Positions 10,809 through 21,848 are shown, counted from the first letter of the stretch. The stretch is DNA of 64,000 nt from Minisyncoccota bacterium (GCA_041666045.1 JBAYHR010000003.1:2208-66207), one strand, 5' to 3'. Translations and numbers: made by a program. The notes: generated by a model not told the origin, from the sequence alone.

Positions 10809-11264
10809 ATGAAATTAAACAAAAATAGAGGTTTTACATTAATTGAATTGTTGGTGGTAGTTGCTATCATCGGTATTCTAGCATCAGTTGTTATGGCGTC
10901 ACTTAGTACCGCTAATAAAAAAAGTAAAGATGCTTCTGTTAAAGAAAGTATGAAGTCTATGATGTTGCAAGCAGAAATTCTTCGTGGGAGTGGTTCTACT
11001 TATCCAGTTGATATGTGTGTTTCATCTTTGGATTTTGAAAGACTTATAAAATCTATTAATAAACAGGTTCCAAGCGCTAATGCTGTGATTTGTAATTCTA
11101 GTACAACAGCTTGGGCAGCTGATGTTAAATTAAATGATGGAACTGTTTTTTGTGTAGACAGTGTTAGTTTTGTTGGTATTACACAACTTAGAAAAGGTTC
11201 AGCTATAGCTTGTAATCAGTCACAAGGGCAATATCCGCCAATACAACTACCTAACGAGATTTAA
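10809..11264 (+). CDS. Second type IV pilin (pilA paralog)
   Basis: NRG/FTLIELLVVVAIIGILA; FCVDS motif. Confidence 0.88.
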   Translation: MKLNKNRGFTLIELLVVVAIIGILASVVMASLSTANKKSKDASVKESMKSMMLQAEILRGSGSTYPVDMCVSSLDFERLIKSINKQVPSANAVICNSSTTAWAADVKLNDGTVFCVDSVSFVGITQLRKGSAIACNQSQGQYPPIQLPNEI

Positions 11265-11296
11265 TTAAGTTTATTTTGTTGTTTAAAATTTTTAGT

Positions 11297-11324
11297 AAAA
11301 ACCACTCTAATTAGAGTGGTTTTT
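11297..11324 (+). terminator. Intrinsic terminator after second pilin
   Basis: AAAAACCACTCT-AATT-AGAGTGGTTTTT. Confidence 0.8.
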
Positions 11325-11375
11325 GTTTTGCTTTCTTGTGATATAATTAGATAGCTTATTAATTAACCAATTTTT

Positions 11376-12167
11376 ATGACATCAATTTTTGCAATTATTT
11401 TTTTTGTGTTTGGTATTGTTATAGGTAGTTTTTTGAATGTTGTTATTTTTAGATATAATGTTCAAAGATCTTTTGGTGGCAGAAGCGGATGTATGACTTG
11501 TCAGAATAAACTTCACTGGTATGAACTTATTCCTTTATTTAGTTTTATTGCAATAAAAGGAAGATGTTTAAATTGTAAAACAAAAATATCAGTTCAATAT
11601 CCTTTAGTGGAATTGATAACAGGTATAATTTTTATGGGATTGTTTCTAAAATTCCAAGATATTTTTTATATGAATACTCTTGTATTTGCTGTAACTATGG
11701 CATTTTATGCCACAATGTTTTCTTTACTTATTGTTATAGCAGTATATGATTTGAGACATAAAATTATTCCAGATACGCTTGTTTTGGTTTTAGGAATTCT
11801 TGCTTTTTTAGGAATGTTTTTATTTTCTAGTTTTGGTTTTAATCCACATATTCCTTCTGTCTTAGAATTTTTAACGGGAATAATAGTAGCTCTCCCTTTT
11901 GCAATTATTTGGCTTGTATCAAAAGGAACTTGGATGGGGCTTGGAGACGCAAAACTAATGCTTGGGCTTGGTTGGCTTCTTGGACTTTCTCGTGTGCTTT
12001 CTGGTATGGTGGTTGCATTTTGGTCAGGTGCGATAATAGGACTTTTTCTTCTTGTTTTTTCAAAAAAGCACGGGATGAAAAGTGAAATTCCTTTTGCTCC
12101 ATTTTTGGTTTTAGGCGCAATTATAGCTTTTCTTTTTGAATTACATCTTTTCCCAGTTGGTTTTTAG
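11376..12167 (+). CDS. pilD: Prepilin peptidase PilD
   Basis: GSFLNVVIFR, RSGCMTC..GRCLNC, YD, MGLGDAKL, IPFAPFL. Confidence 0.95.
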   Translation: MTSIFAIIFFVFGIVIGSFLNVVIFRYNVQRSFGGRSGCMTCQNKLHWYELIPLFSFIAIKGRCLNCKTKISVQYPLVELITGIIFMGLFLKFQDIFYMNTLVFAVTMAFYATMFSLLIVIAVYDLRHKIIPDTLVLVLGILAFLGMFLFSSFGFNPHIPSVLEFLTGIIVALPFAIIWLVSKGTWMGLGDAKLMLGLGWLLGLSRVLSGMVVAFWSGAIIGLFLLVFSKKHGMKSEIPFAPFLVLGAIIAFLFELHLFPVGF

Positions 12168-12168
12168 T

Positions 12169-12260
12169 ACATAACACATAACACATAACACATAACACGT
12201 AACATGAGATACAAAATAAAAAATTTAATAAATGCTATGCGCTGTGTGTTACGTGTTGCG
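12169..12260. repeat. Heptamer tandem array (ACATAAC)x4+ACGTAAC with a degenerate complementary arm, enclosing a start codon
   Basis: Left arm 12169-12203; right arm TGCTATG CGCTGTG TGTTACG TGTTGCG at 12233-12260. Confidence 0.75.
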
Positions 12261-12911
12261 CGCAATAAGGGTATGACTTATGTTGAGCTAATTGTTGTTT
12301 TGAGTATTTTTGCTATTATGTCTTCCATTGTTCTTTTTAATTATGGCAAGTTTCAAGCAAAAGTTGATATAAATAATTTAGCGAATGATATTGCTTTGAA
12401 AATAGTTCAAGCTCAAAAAGACGCTATGTCTGGAAAATTACCAACGCAAACTCCTTTTGTTTCTCCTTGGAAACCATCTTATGGAGTTTATTTTGATCCA
12501 ACAGTTCATTATAAATTTATTTATTTTACTGATTTATATAATTCTAAATATTATAATAGTTCTTCTTGTACTCCGCCTATTACCATAGAAAGTGGAGATT
12601 GTTTAGACGAAATAAACATAACAAAAGGGAATTATATATCTGAATTGAAAGTTTATCGCAATGATAATACGACAGAGATTTTAGCAACTAATTTATCTAT
12701 AACTTTTACAAGACCAAATTCTGGAGCATTTTTTGAATCTAATGGTTTACCGCTAGAAGATGTTTCTTATATTCAAATAACTATTACTTCTCCGCAATCT
12801 GTAAGCGCTAGAATTAAATTATATTCTTCAGGTAGAGTTGAAATATTACCAGGTCTAACACAGTCGTCCCTAAATGAAAGTGTTCCTATTGATAATACGC
12901 AAGTAAGTTAA
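12204..12911 (+). CDS. Minor pilin (FimT/GspH-like)
   Basis: KG/MTYVELIVVLSI prepilin motif. Confidence 0.85.
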   Translation: MRYKIKNLINAMRCVLRVARNKGMTYVELIVVLSIFAIMSSIVLFNYGKFQAKVDINNLANDIALKIVQAQKDAMSGKLPTQTPFVSPWKPSYGVYFDPTVHYKFIYFTDLYNSKYYNSSSCTPPITIESGDCLDEINITKGNYISELKVYRNDNTTEILATNLSITFTRPNSGAFFESNGLPLEDVSYIQITITSPQSVSARIKLYSSGRVEILPGLTQSSLNESVPIDNTQVS

Positions 12912-12912
12912 T

Positions 12913-13503
12913 ATGAAAAATAAATTTTTAAAAACAAAAAAAGGATTTACTATAATTGAAACAATGATAGCTGTTTCTCTTTTTTTAGTGATTGTTATGA
13001 TAGGTATGGGAGCGCTTTTAAACGCAAATTTAGTTCATAGAAAATCTCAAGATATGCGTTCCATAATTGATAATTTGAGTTTTATTATGGAAGAGATGTC
13101 TAGAAATTTAAGAACTGGATACAATTATCATTGTATTGATGATGGTTTTGTTACCAAAGTAGATTTAAATAGTTGCACTTCAGACGGAAAAGGAATATCT
13201 TTTAAATCCAGCTCGGGTGCTCAATGGGTTTATGCAATATTTCAAGATGGAAATATTAGTAGTATTAAAAAATCTGTTGATGGTGGAGCAACTTTTACAA
13301 CACTTACTTCTTCTGAAGTGATGATAGACACAAGTTCCAGTTTTTATGTGACTGGAGCAGAGCTTGGTGATGGCAAGCAACCGTTTGTTTTAATAAGATT
13401 GGTTGGGAAAATAACTTATAAAAATATTGATACGCCTTTTTCTTTACAAACATCAGTATCACAAAGATTAATAGATACAGGAGTTTCCTCAAATCCAAAT
13501 TAA
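12913..13503 (+). CDS. Minor pilin (PilW/GspJ-like)
   Basis: KG/FTIIETMIAVSLF; LQTSVSQR C-terminus. Confidence 0.85.
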   Translation: MKNKFLKTKKGFTIIETMIAVSLFLVIVMIGMGALLNANLVHRKSQDMRSIIDNLSFIMEEMSRNLRTGYNYHCIDDGFVTKVDLNSCTSDGKGISFKSSSGAQWVYAIFQDGNISSIKKSVDGGATFTTLTSSEVMIDTSSSFYVTGAELGDGKQPFVLIRLVGKITYKNIDTPFSLQTSVSQRLIDTGVSSNPN

Positions 13504-13543
13504 GATCAAATAATAATTCCACCAGTTAATTAATTATAAAAAT

Positions 13544-14062
13544 ATGATTAAATTATTAACACAAAAAAATAAAGGATTTACTTTAGTTGAAACATTGGTT
13601 GCTATCTCTATTTTTACTGTGTCAGTTTTAGCCTTAATGGTTATTTTAGGTCAAGGAATTTCTGATACAGGTTATGCAAAAAAGAAAATGACTGCCACTT
13701 ATTTGGCGCAAGAAGGTATTGAATATATGAGAAATATGCGAGATACATTTTCTATTTCTGGTTTGGGTTGGGATGAGTTTAAAAATAAATTAACACTTGC
13801 TTCATGTGATATTGGATGTTATTTTGACGCTGAAGTTCCCGATGAAGTTATTTCTTGTGAAAATGGTTCTTGTCATCATTTATTATATGATTCAGGAAAG
13901 TATAATTATTATTTTGGTGTTGATTCTGGATTTGTGCGTTCGGTAAGAGTTGATGGTGTCAATGAAGATGAAATAAAAATAACCTCCACTGTTTCTTGGG
14001 GTCAAGAATCTGGCGCATATTCCATTGTTTTTTCAGAAAGTTTATTTAATTGGATACAATAA
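13544..14062 (+). CDS. Minor pilin (PilV-like)
   Basis: KG/FTLVETLVAISI; ATYLAQEGIEYMRNMRD. Confidence 0.85.
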   Translation: MIKLLTQKNKGFTLVETLVAISIFTVSVLALMVILGQGISDTGYAKKKMTATYLAQEGIEYMRNMRDTFSISGLGWDEFKNKLTLASCDIGCYFDAEVPDEVISCENGSCHHLLYDSGKYNYYFGVDSGFVRSVRVDGVNEDEIKITSTVSWGQESGAYSIVFSESLFNWIQ

Positions 14063-14520
14063 TGAAAATAAAAAAAATACAAAAAAATAAAGCTTTCGTA
14101 ATACTTTTCGCTGTTATGCTTTCAAGTATTATTTTAGCGATAACATTGGGAGTTTCAAATATTTCACTTAAAGAAATTAATTTCAGTACGTCAGCTAAAA
14201 ATGCCAATGATGCTTTTTTTGCAGCTGATACGGGTATTGAATGCGCGCTTTTTTATGATAAAACAGGTCCTAATAATGCTTTTACAAGTGGATTAGAAAT
14301 ACCAATGAATTGTGCTGGATCAAATATAACTTTAACTCCTAATAATACACCTCCTACTTTTTGGAGTTTTGATATTGTTGGATTAGGAAGTAATGGCAAA
14401 TCTTGCGCAAAAGTAACAGTGGATAAAGATACTATTCCAAATACTACGATTATTTCAAAAGGTTACAATAATTGTATTTTAAATAATAAAGTTGAGCGTG
14501 AACTTGAAGTAACTTATTAA
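14062..14520 (+). CDS. Minor pilin (PilX-like)
   Basis: Hydrophobic N-terminus lacking E5; AFFAADTGIECAL; ISKGYN. Confidence 0.8.
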   Translation: MKIKKIQKNKAFVILFAVMLSSIILAITLGVSNISLKEINFSTSAKNANDAFFAADTGIECALFYDKTGPNNAFTSGLEIPMNCAGSNITLTPNNTPPTFWSFDIVGLGSNGKSCAKVTVDKDTIPNTTIISKGYNNCILNNKVERELEVTY

Positions 14521-16671
<2,151 letters not shown>

Positions 16672-16713
16672 TAGCTTGCGTCCATCTATCTGAGAGCTTA
16701 TAATTAAAATCCA

Positions 16714-16788
16714 CTTGTCCCGTTAGAAAATCATCGGGGTAGTGGTTTGTCGGTAAAGATTATAAATTAAATTTTCTAATGGGATGAA
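16714..16788. mobile_element. CCCGTTAGAAA-family element whose right arm supplies the ATG of the ECF S-component
   Basis: TCCCGTTAGAAAAT ... ATTTTCTAATGGGATGAA. Confidence 0.7.
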
Positions 16789-17311
16789 AGATAAATTAAA
16801 AATTTTAACAGTTTTTGTTGGGTGTTTTTTGTTTAGATTGATACCCTTACGAGCACCTAACGTTGAACCTATTATGGCTTCAATAATGCCTTTAGGGCGT
16901 AAATATGGAGCTTTAATGGCATTTCTATTTGGCTTTCTAAGTATGTTTTTATATGATGCTGTGACGCATTTTGGATCTTGGACTTGGGAAGGAGCTATTA
17001 CTTATGGAGTTATAGGAGCTGTCTCCACTTTCTATTTTAATAAGTTTAAAGCATCTGCTTTTAACTTTGCAGTATTTGCATTTTTTGCAACAATTTCTTT
17101 TGATTTAATAACAGGAGTTTTATTTGCTCCGATGTTTGGGCAAACTATTTTAAACGCTTTAATTTTACAAATTCCTTTTACAGCGCTTCATTTGGCAGGG
17201 AATATAGGTTTTTCTTTAACTTTGAGTCCTTTGATAAACAAATGGCTTGTGTCAGAAAAATTTTTTGCACTTAAAAAATCAGCAGTAATTTCTGATTTAG
17301 TTAAAATATAG
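16784..17311 (+). CDS. ECF transporter S-component (CbrT-like; substrate uncertain)
   Basis: Multi-TM 175-aa protein with FRLIP..PNVEP and IPFTALHLAGN motifs. Confidence 0.75.
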   Translation: MKDKLKILTVFVGCFLFRLIPLRAPNVEPIMASIMPLGRKYGALMAFLFGFLSMFLYDAVTHFGSWTWEGAITYGVIGAVSTFYFNKFKASAFNFAVFAFFATISFDLITGVLFAPMFGQTILNALILQIPFTALHLAGNIGFSLTLSPLINKWLVSEKFFALKKSAVISDLVKI

Positions 17312-17318
17312 CTTGCGG
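17286..17318 (+). repeat. Direct repeat copy 1 (att-like) flanking the cassette next to tRNA-Ser
   Basis: TAATTTCTGATTTAGTTAAAATATAGCTTGCGG matches 18519-18551 at 32/33. Confidence 0.85.
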
Positions 17319-17463
17319 TATCTTGGTGTTAAGTACTCAAAGGCACCCCTTTTCATAAGGGCATTTAGTACATTTTGGTAAATTTGCTTTTTTATATAGA
17401 TATGATATAATGCGTTTAGCTAGAAAAGTTCTAGTTCTTTTAAATAATTTAAAAATAAATAAG

Positions 17464-18366
17464 ATGATGACGACAAAATTGATCACGTCGAAAGATCCGA
17501 AAGGATTGCATGCTGTAAGCTTATTTGAATCTGCTTACAACAAACTTGGTCTGACTGATGAACAGGCACAAATGCTTAATGAAAAAGGTGGTGAATTCAA
17601 AGAGAAAATACAAAAAATTATCCGCGAATTGACTGTTAAAAACCAGTATGCCAATGAAGTAATAAATTCAAACTACACCTATCCAAAGGAATACAAAGGT
17701 CCTAAATTAATCATTGAACAAGTAAAAACCATTGCTGAATTATTTGGACTTGATCCGAAAGAAGCACTGGAATTTATAAAAACTTTACCTGCAATACCTG
17801 ATGGCACAGAGGGATGGTTGGCTGTTCCAAAAGTATCAGCTGTAGCTAAGAAACATTTCCCTGCAATTACAGATCCAGCCATGCAGTATTGTGAAGCAGT
17901 AAAAATGGTACATGCAAAATTAGCTAAAAGCCGTAGATTTACAAACTATCGTGATGGAGAAATTGTTCCAAATAAACTTCGCCAAAGTGCTCGCACTTTG
18001 GATTTTTTAGAACAATTTATCGAAGCAAAACAACCGGGTGATATTATAATCATTGCCGTTCAATATGGAATGAGACATCGCGGTGAATCTGTTCGCAGGG
18101 CAAGAGAAATATTTTCCTTTAATGAATTTGGCTTAGGTGCATTTGCAATCGGTTGTATGGCTTTGGTTCATCCTGAACGTTATGTAAGATGGGAAGAATT
18201 AGACACAGACTGCGCTGGTGATGAATTTTCTCCGGGCGGTGATGGGGTCTTCTCGAAGGCTCCGGTCTTCTGCTTCGACGACGGCGAGCTGCGGTTTTTC
18301 ACGCACGATGTTTCGGTTGCTAGCGTCGGCTATGGTTCGGCTTCCGGTTTTGTTCCGCAGGGTTGA
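17464..18366 (+). CDS. Putative DGR target (variable) protein with CLec-like C-terminus
   Basis: C-terminus F.FDDGELRF...YGSASGFVPQ; last ~130 nt strongly A-depleted; start moved to MMTTK because TATAAT overlaps the ORF-track start. Confidence 0.75.
   Translation: MMTTKLITSKDPKGLHAVSLFESAYNKLGLTDEQAQMLNEKGGEFKEKIQKIIRELTVKNQYANEVINSNYTYPKEYKGPKLIIEQVKTIAELFGLDPKEALEFIKTLPAIPDGTEGWLAVPKVSAVAKKHFPAITDPAMQYCEAVKMVHAKLAKSRRFTNYRDGEIVPNKLRQSARTLDFLEQFIEAKQPGDIIIIAVQYGMRHRGESVRRAREIFSFNEFGLGAFAIGCMALVHPERYVRWEELDTDCAGDEFSPGGDGVFSKAPVFCFDDGELRFFTHDVSVASVGYGSASGFVPQG
18231..18360 (+). other. Putative DGR variable region (VR)
   Basis: Only 12 A in 130 nt; many NNC/NNT codons in an otherwise A-rich gene. 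Confidence 0.7.
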
Positions 18367-18438
18367 TTTTCTCATCTTGAATTCTTTAATCTTTTGAATT
18401 CTTTATTTTGATTCTTGAATTCGAAAATTTTTTTAAAG

Positions 18439-18469
18439 GGGTTATCCACAATTGGATAACCCTCTTTTT
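18439..18469 (+). terminator. Hairpin terminator after DGR-type gene (contains TTATCCACA)
   Basis: GGGTTATCCA-CAAT-TGGATAACCC followed by a T-tract. Confidence 0.7.
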
Positions 18470-18518
18470 ATTTTCATATTTGGTTTTTGCAAGAACCGTT
18501 CTTGCGAGACTTCATCAA

Positions 18519-18551
18519 TAATTTCTGATTTAGTTAAAATATAGCTCGCGG
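18519..18551 (+). repeat. Direct repeat copy 2 (att-like), overlapping the tRNA-Ser 3' end
   Basis: Matches 17286-17318. Confidence 0.85.
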
Positions 18552-18635
18552 AGGGTGGGAGATTCGAACTCCCGATGCCCTTACAGGCATACAGACTTTC
18601 CAGGTCTGCGCACTAGACCGCTATGCGAACCCTCC
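18549..18635 (-). tRNA. tRNA-Ser(GGA)
   Basis: Acceptor GGAGGGT/ACCCTCC, anticodon arm CAGAC-CTGGAAA-GTCTG, long variable arm, GTTCGAATC T-loop; CCA not encoded. Confidence 0.97.
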
Positions 18636-18695
18636 ATATCCTTTAATCTACATTATTTTATAGAAAAAGAAAATGTGGTAATATATAAGTTATAT

Positions 18696-19148
18696 ATGAA
18701 AAAAATAATAACAAGATGTAGAGAAAAAACAACAGCTTATTTAAGTCACAGACCAAAGTTTTATGCGTTAATGGTTGGCATAGGTATCGTTTTATTTTGG
18801 AGAGGAGTATGGCATAGTACTGATTTTGTCCATACTTATTTTAATGTTTATCAAAACAATTTAACTGTTAGCGGATCTTTTTCACCTTGGTGGGACGGAC
18901 CTCTTTCTTTAGTAGTTGGTATTATTATTTTATATTTTACTGGTGCTTTTATTTCTAGTTTTATAGGAAATGAATTAATTCTTTTGGGTCTTCGTGGAGA
19001 AAAGAAACTTAGTCAAAAGACGGAAGGTGAAGTTAGGACTGAAATAGATTCTATTTTAGATATTAAGAATAATCTTAGCGATATAAATGAAAAGATTAGA
19101 GAACTAGAAGAGAAGTTAAAAAACAAAGAAGTTAATAAAAAGAGTTAG
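18696..19148 (+). CDS. Hypothetical membrane protein
   Basis: Two TM helices, GIGIVLFWRGVW motif, coiled-coil tail; start corrected because the ORF-track start is antisense to the tRNA. Confidence 0.75.
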   Translation: MKKIITRCREKTTAYLSHRPKFYALMVGIGIVLFWRGVWHSTDFVHTYFNVYQNNLTVSGSFSPWWDGPLSLVVGIIILYFTGAFISSFIGNELILLGLRGEKKLSQKTEGEVRTEIDSILDIKNNLSDINEKIRELEEKLKNKEVNKKS

Positions 19149-19158
19149 GTTGTTGAAA

Positions 19159-20331
19159 ATGAAATTTAATCTTAAAAAATTATTAAAAAGATATAAATCT
19201 GGCAACAAAGTTTTATTAGTTAAAAGTGGTGAAGAATATTTCTCTGTTTTAAAAAAAATAATAATAGAAGCTAAAAATGAAATTCATTTTCAAACGTATA
19301 TTTTAAGTGATGATTCTACCGGCAGGATGATAGTAGATGAATTAATCGATGCAAAGAAAAGAGGTGTAGAAGTTTATCTATTGATTGATTCTTATGGTTC
19401 TCGTAATTTATCTAAAAATTTTACAAAACAAATAATTGATTCCGGAATTCACTTTAGATATTTTGCCCCAGTTATAACCTCTAAAGGTTTTTGTTTAGGC
19501 AGAAGACTTCATCAGAAAATTGTTGTTATTGATTCTAAAATTGCTTTAATAGGTGGAATAAATATAGCAGATAGATATATGGGGACAGAGGATAAAAAAC
19601 CTTGGCTTGATTTTGCTTTGCTTATTAAAGGGAAGATATGCGAGGATGTTTCAAATATTTGCGATAGTTTTTGGGAGAGAAAATTCCTAAATAAAAAAAG
19701 AAAAAATAACATTAAGCAATTAACTGATAAAGTTTATCCATTATTAAGAATTAGACAAAATGATTGGATGAGAGAAAAGAATCAAATTTCTAGAAGTTAT
19801 AAAAATGCATTTAAGAATGCAGAAAAATATATAACTATTGTTGGCGCGTATTTTTTACCTAGCAGGAAGTTAAGATATTTAATTAAAAAAGCAGTAGATA
19901 GGGGAGTAAAAGTAAAAATTATTTTATCAAAAAAATCTGATGAGAGGGTTTTTCAATTAGCAATGGATTATTTATACAGATGGATGCATAGAAACAATAT
20001 TGAAATTTATGAATATCATCCTAGTGTGGTTCACGGTAAAGCTACAGTTGTAGATGATACTTGGCTTACAATAGGATCACACGATTTAAATTTTTTAAGT
20101 ACATATGGTCTTATTGAAATGAATATTGATGTTTTAGATGTTTCTTTGGCTGAAGAATTTAATTCTTATTTAGAAAATATAATACAAAAAGATTGTATAA
20201 AAATAACAACAGAACATTTAGAAAAAAAATGGATATTTGAAAAATTTTTAAGTTGGTTTACTTATGTTTTAGTTAGAATTTCAGAATTGTTTTTGATTTT
20301 TTTAAGTAGAAATGATAAAAATAATGAGTAA
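19159..20331 (+). CDS. Cardiolipin synthase-like phospholipase D (ClsB-type)
   Basis: Two HKD motifs (HQKIVVID, HGKATVVD), GGINI; no N-terminal TM helices. Confidence 0.88.
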   Translation: MKFNLKKLLKRYKSGNKVLLVKSGEEYFSVLKKIIIEAKNEIHFQTYILSDDSTGRMIVDELIDAKKRGVEVYLLIDSYGSRNLSKNFTKQIIDSGIHFRYFAPVITSKGFCLGRRLHQKIVVIDSKIALIGGINIADRYMGTEDKKPWLDFALLIKGKICEDVSNICDSFWERKFLNKKRKNNIKQLTDKVYPLLRIRQNDWMREKNQISRSYKNAFKNAEKYITIVGAYFLPSRKLRYLIKKAVDRGVKVKIILSKKSDERVFQLAMDYLYRWMHRNNIEIYEYHPSVVHGKATVVDDTWLTIGSHDLNFLSTYGLIEMNIDVLDVSLAEEFNSYLENIIQKDCIKITTEHLEKKWIFEKFLSWFTYVLVRISELFLIFLSRNDKNNE

Positions 20332-20381
20332 TTTTTGTTATATATGGGACAAAAATAAAAAAATAAGGTAATATTAAATTT

Positions 20382-21302
20382 ATGATATTTTCAGCGTTAT
20401 TAATAATATTAGGGTTAGTACTTTTTGAAACCATTTCATCAGTAGACAATGCGATAATTAATGCAGAAGTGCTCTCTACGATGAGTAAAAGAGCTAGAAG
20501 GTGGTTTCTTACTTGGGGGATGTTTATCGCTGTTTTTGTTGTTCGTGGTCTTTTGCCATTCGTAATAATTTGGGCTTTTAATACGTCTCTTAGTGCTGGA
20601 CAAGTTTTTTCTGCTGCATGGTCTAGCGATCCATTGGTTCAAGAATCAATTCATAAATCTGCTCCTATTTTGCTTGTGGCTGGCGGAGTATTTTTGTTGT
20701 TTTTATTTTTACATTGGCTTTTTCTTGAAGATAAAATGATTGGTTTACCAAAAGCTGAAAAATTCTTTATGGCGAAAGGAGTTTGGTTTTATGCAGTTGT
20801 TTCTATATTGCTTGCTATTATTGCGTGGTTTGCTTTAAAACAAAGTAATTTAATGGGATTTGGGGCAGTGGTGGGTTCTTCTTTATTTTTTATCACTCAT
20901 GGATTCAAACAGAACGCAGAAGAACAAGAAAAGAAATTGCTTGGTAGCGCTCAATCTGATTTAAGCAAGCTTTTCTTTTTGGAAATTATTGATACTACAT
21001 TTTCTATAGACGGAGTTCTTGGAGCTTTCGCTTTCACTCTTTCAGTGCCCTTGATACTTATCGGTAATGGAATTGGCGCATTTGTTGTGAGAGAGCTTAC
21101 ACTACGAAATATTGAGAGAATTAAAAAATATGTTTATTTGAAAAATGGAGCGATGTATTCTATATTAGTTCTTGGTATTATTATGATATTGCACAGTTTT
21201 GGTTTTAAGATTCCAGAATACGTTTCACCAGTTTCAACATTCATAATAATTGGTTACTTTTTCTGGAAATCAAAAATACATATAAGATTAAATAAAATTT
21301 GA
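20382..21302 (+). CDS. TerC/DUF475 family membrane protein
   Basis: E.ISSVDNAIINA, FLTWG, FLEIID.TFSIDGVLGAFA. Confidence 0.88.
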   Translation: MIFSALLIILGLVLFETISSVDNAIINAEVLSTMSKRARRWFLTWGMFIAVFVVRGLLPFVIIWAFNTSLSAGQVFSAAWSSDPLVQESIHKSAPILLVAGGVFLLFLFLHWLFLEDKMIGLPKAEKFFMAKGVWFYAVVSILLAIIAWFALKQSNLMGFGAVVGSSLFFITHGFKQNAEEQEKKLLGSAQSDLSKLFFLEIIDTTFSIDGVLGAFAFTLSVPLILIGNGIGAFVVRELTLRNIERIKKYVYLKNGAMYSILVLGIIMILHSFGFKIPEYVSPVSTFIIIGYFFWKSKIHIRLNKI

Positions 21303-21367
21303 TTTTTATAAGTTTTTAGTGTAATATTTTACTGAGATATTGTAATTTATTAATTAATTAAAAAAAT

Positions 21368-21784
21368 ATGGAGAATATGGAATCACAAAAGAATTTTTTA
21401 GAAATTGCGAGAGCTAATTTTCAAAAATGGAATGAAGCTTTGAAAACAAAAGACGCAAGTAAGGTTGCCGAGTTGTATTCAAAAGACTCCTCTTTTTTGC
21501 CAACTCTAAACGGGGAATTTAAGGCAGGACAAGAAGAAGCTGAAGGATACTTTGAGCATTTTCTACTTAAGAATCCTTCTGGAAAAGTTGTTGAAGAAAA
21601 AGTACAACCACTTGGTGATTCTTACGTTCATTCTGGTTTGTATGATTTTGAAGTTGGGCCAGCTGATAAACGTGAAATCGTTGAAGCTCGTTTTACTTAT
21701 GTTTGGCAGGATATAAACAAAAATGGGCAGTGGAAAATTATCCACCATCATTCATCAGTAAAACCAGTAATTCATCAAAATTAA
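21368..21784 (+). CDS. SnoaL/NTF2-fold protein, putative iota-class carbonic anhydrase
   Basis: WNEAL, FLPT, YFEHFL, HSGLY.F, ARFTYV, KIIHHHSS. Confidence 0.75.
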   Translation: MENMESQKNFLEIARANFQKWNEALKTKDASKVAELYSKDSSFLPTLNGEFKAGQEEAEGYFEHFLLKNPSGKVVEEKVQPLGDSYVHSGLYDFEVGPADKREIVEARFTYVWQDINKNGQWKIIHHHSSVKPVIHQN

Positions 21785-21796
21785 ATAATTTTTTTT

Positions 21797-21827
21797 AAAA
21801 ACCTTCTTAAATTAAAGAAGGTTTTTT
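21797..21827 (+). terminator. Intrinsic terminator
   Basis: AAAAACCTTCTT...AAGAAGGTTTTTT. Confidence 0.75.
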
Positions 21828-21848
21828 ATTTTAATGTATAATATAAAT

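Noticed and set aside
12169-12203. CRISPR-like repeat array
   Set aside because: 7-nt tandem units without spacers; no cas genes or 25-40-nt repeat-spacer pattern in the window.
16681-16783. Canonical cobalamin riboswitch
   Set aside because: No recognisable B12-box or GGGAA..ACTG core; kept only as an unassigned structured leader.
17410-18520. Complete DGR locus in the window
   Set aside because: No reverse transcriptase, Avd or AAC-rich template repeat found by eye; only a candidate target is supported.
18555-18695. ORF-track N-terminal extension MGDSNSRCPYRH...
   Set aside because: It is the antisense of tRNA-Ser; the real start is probably 18696.
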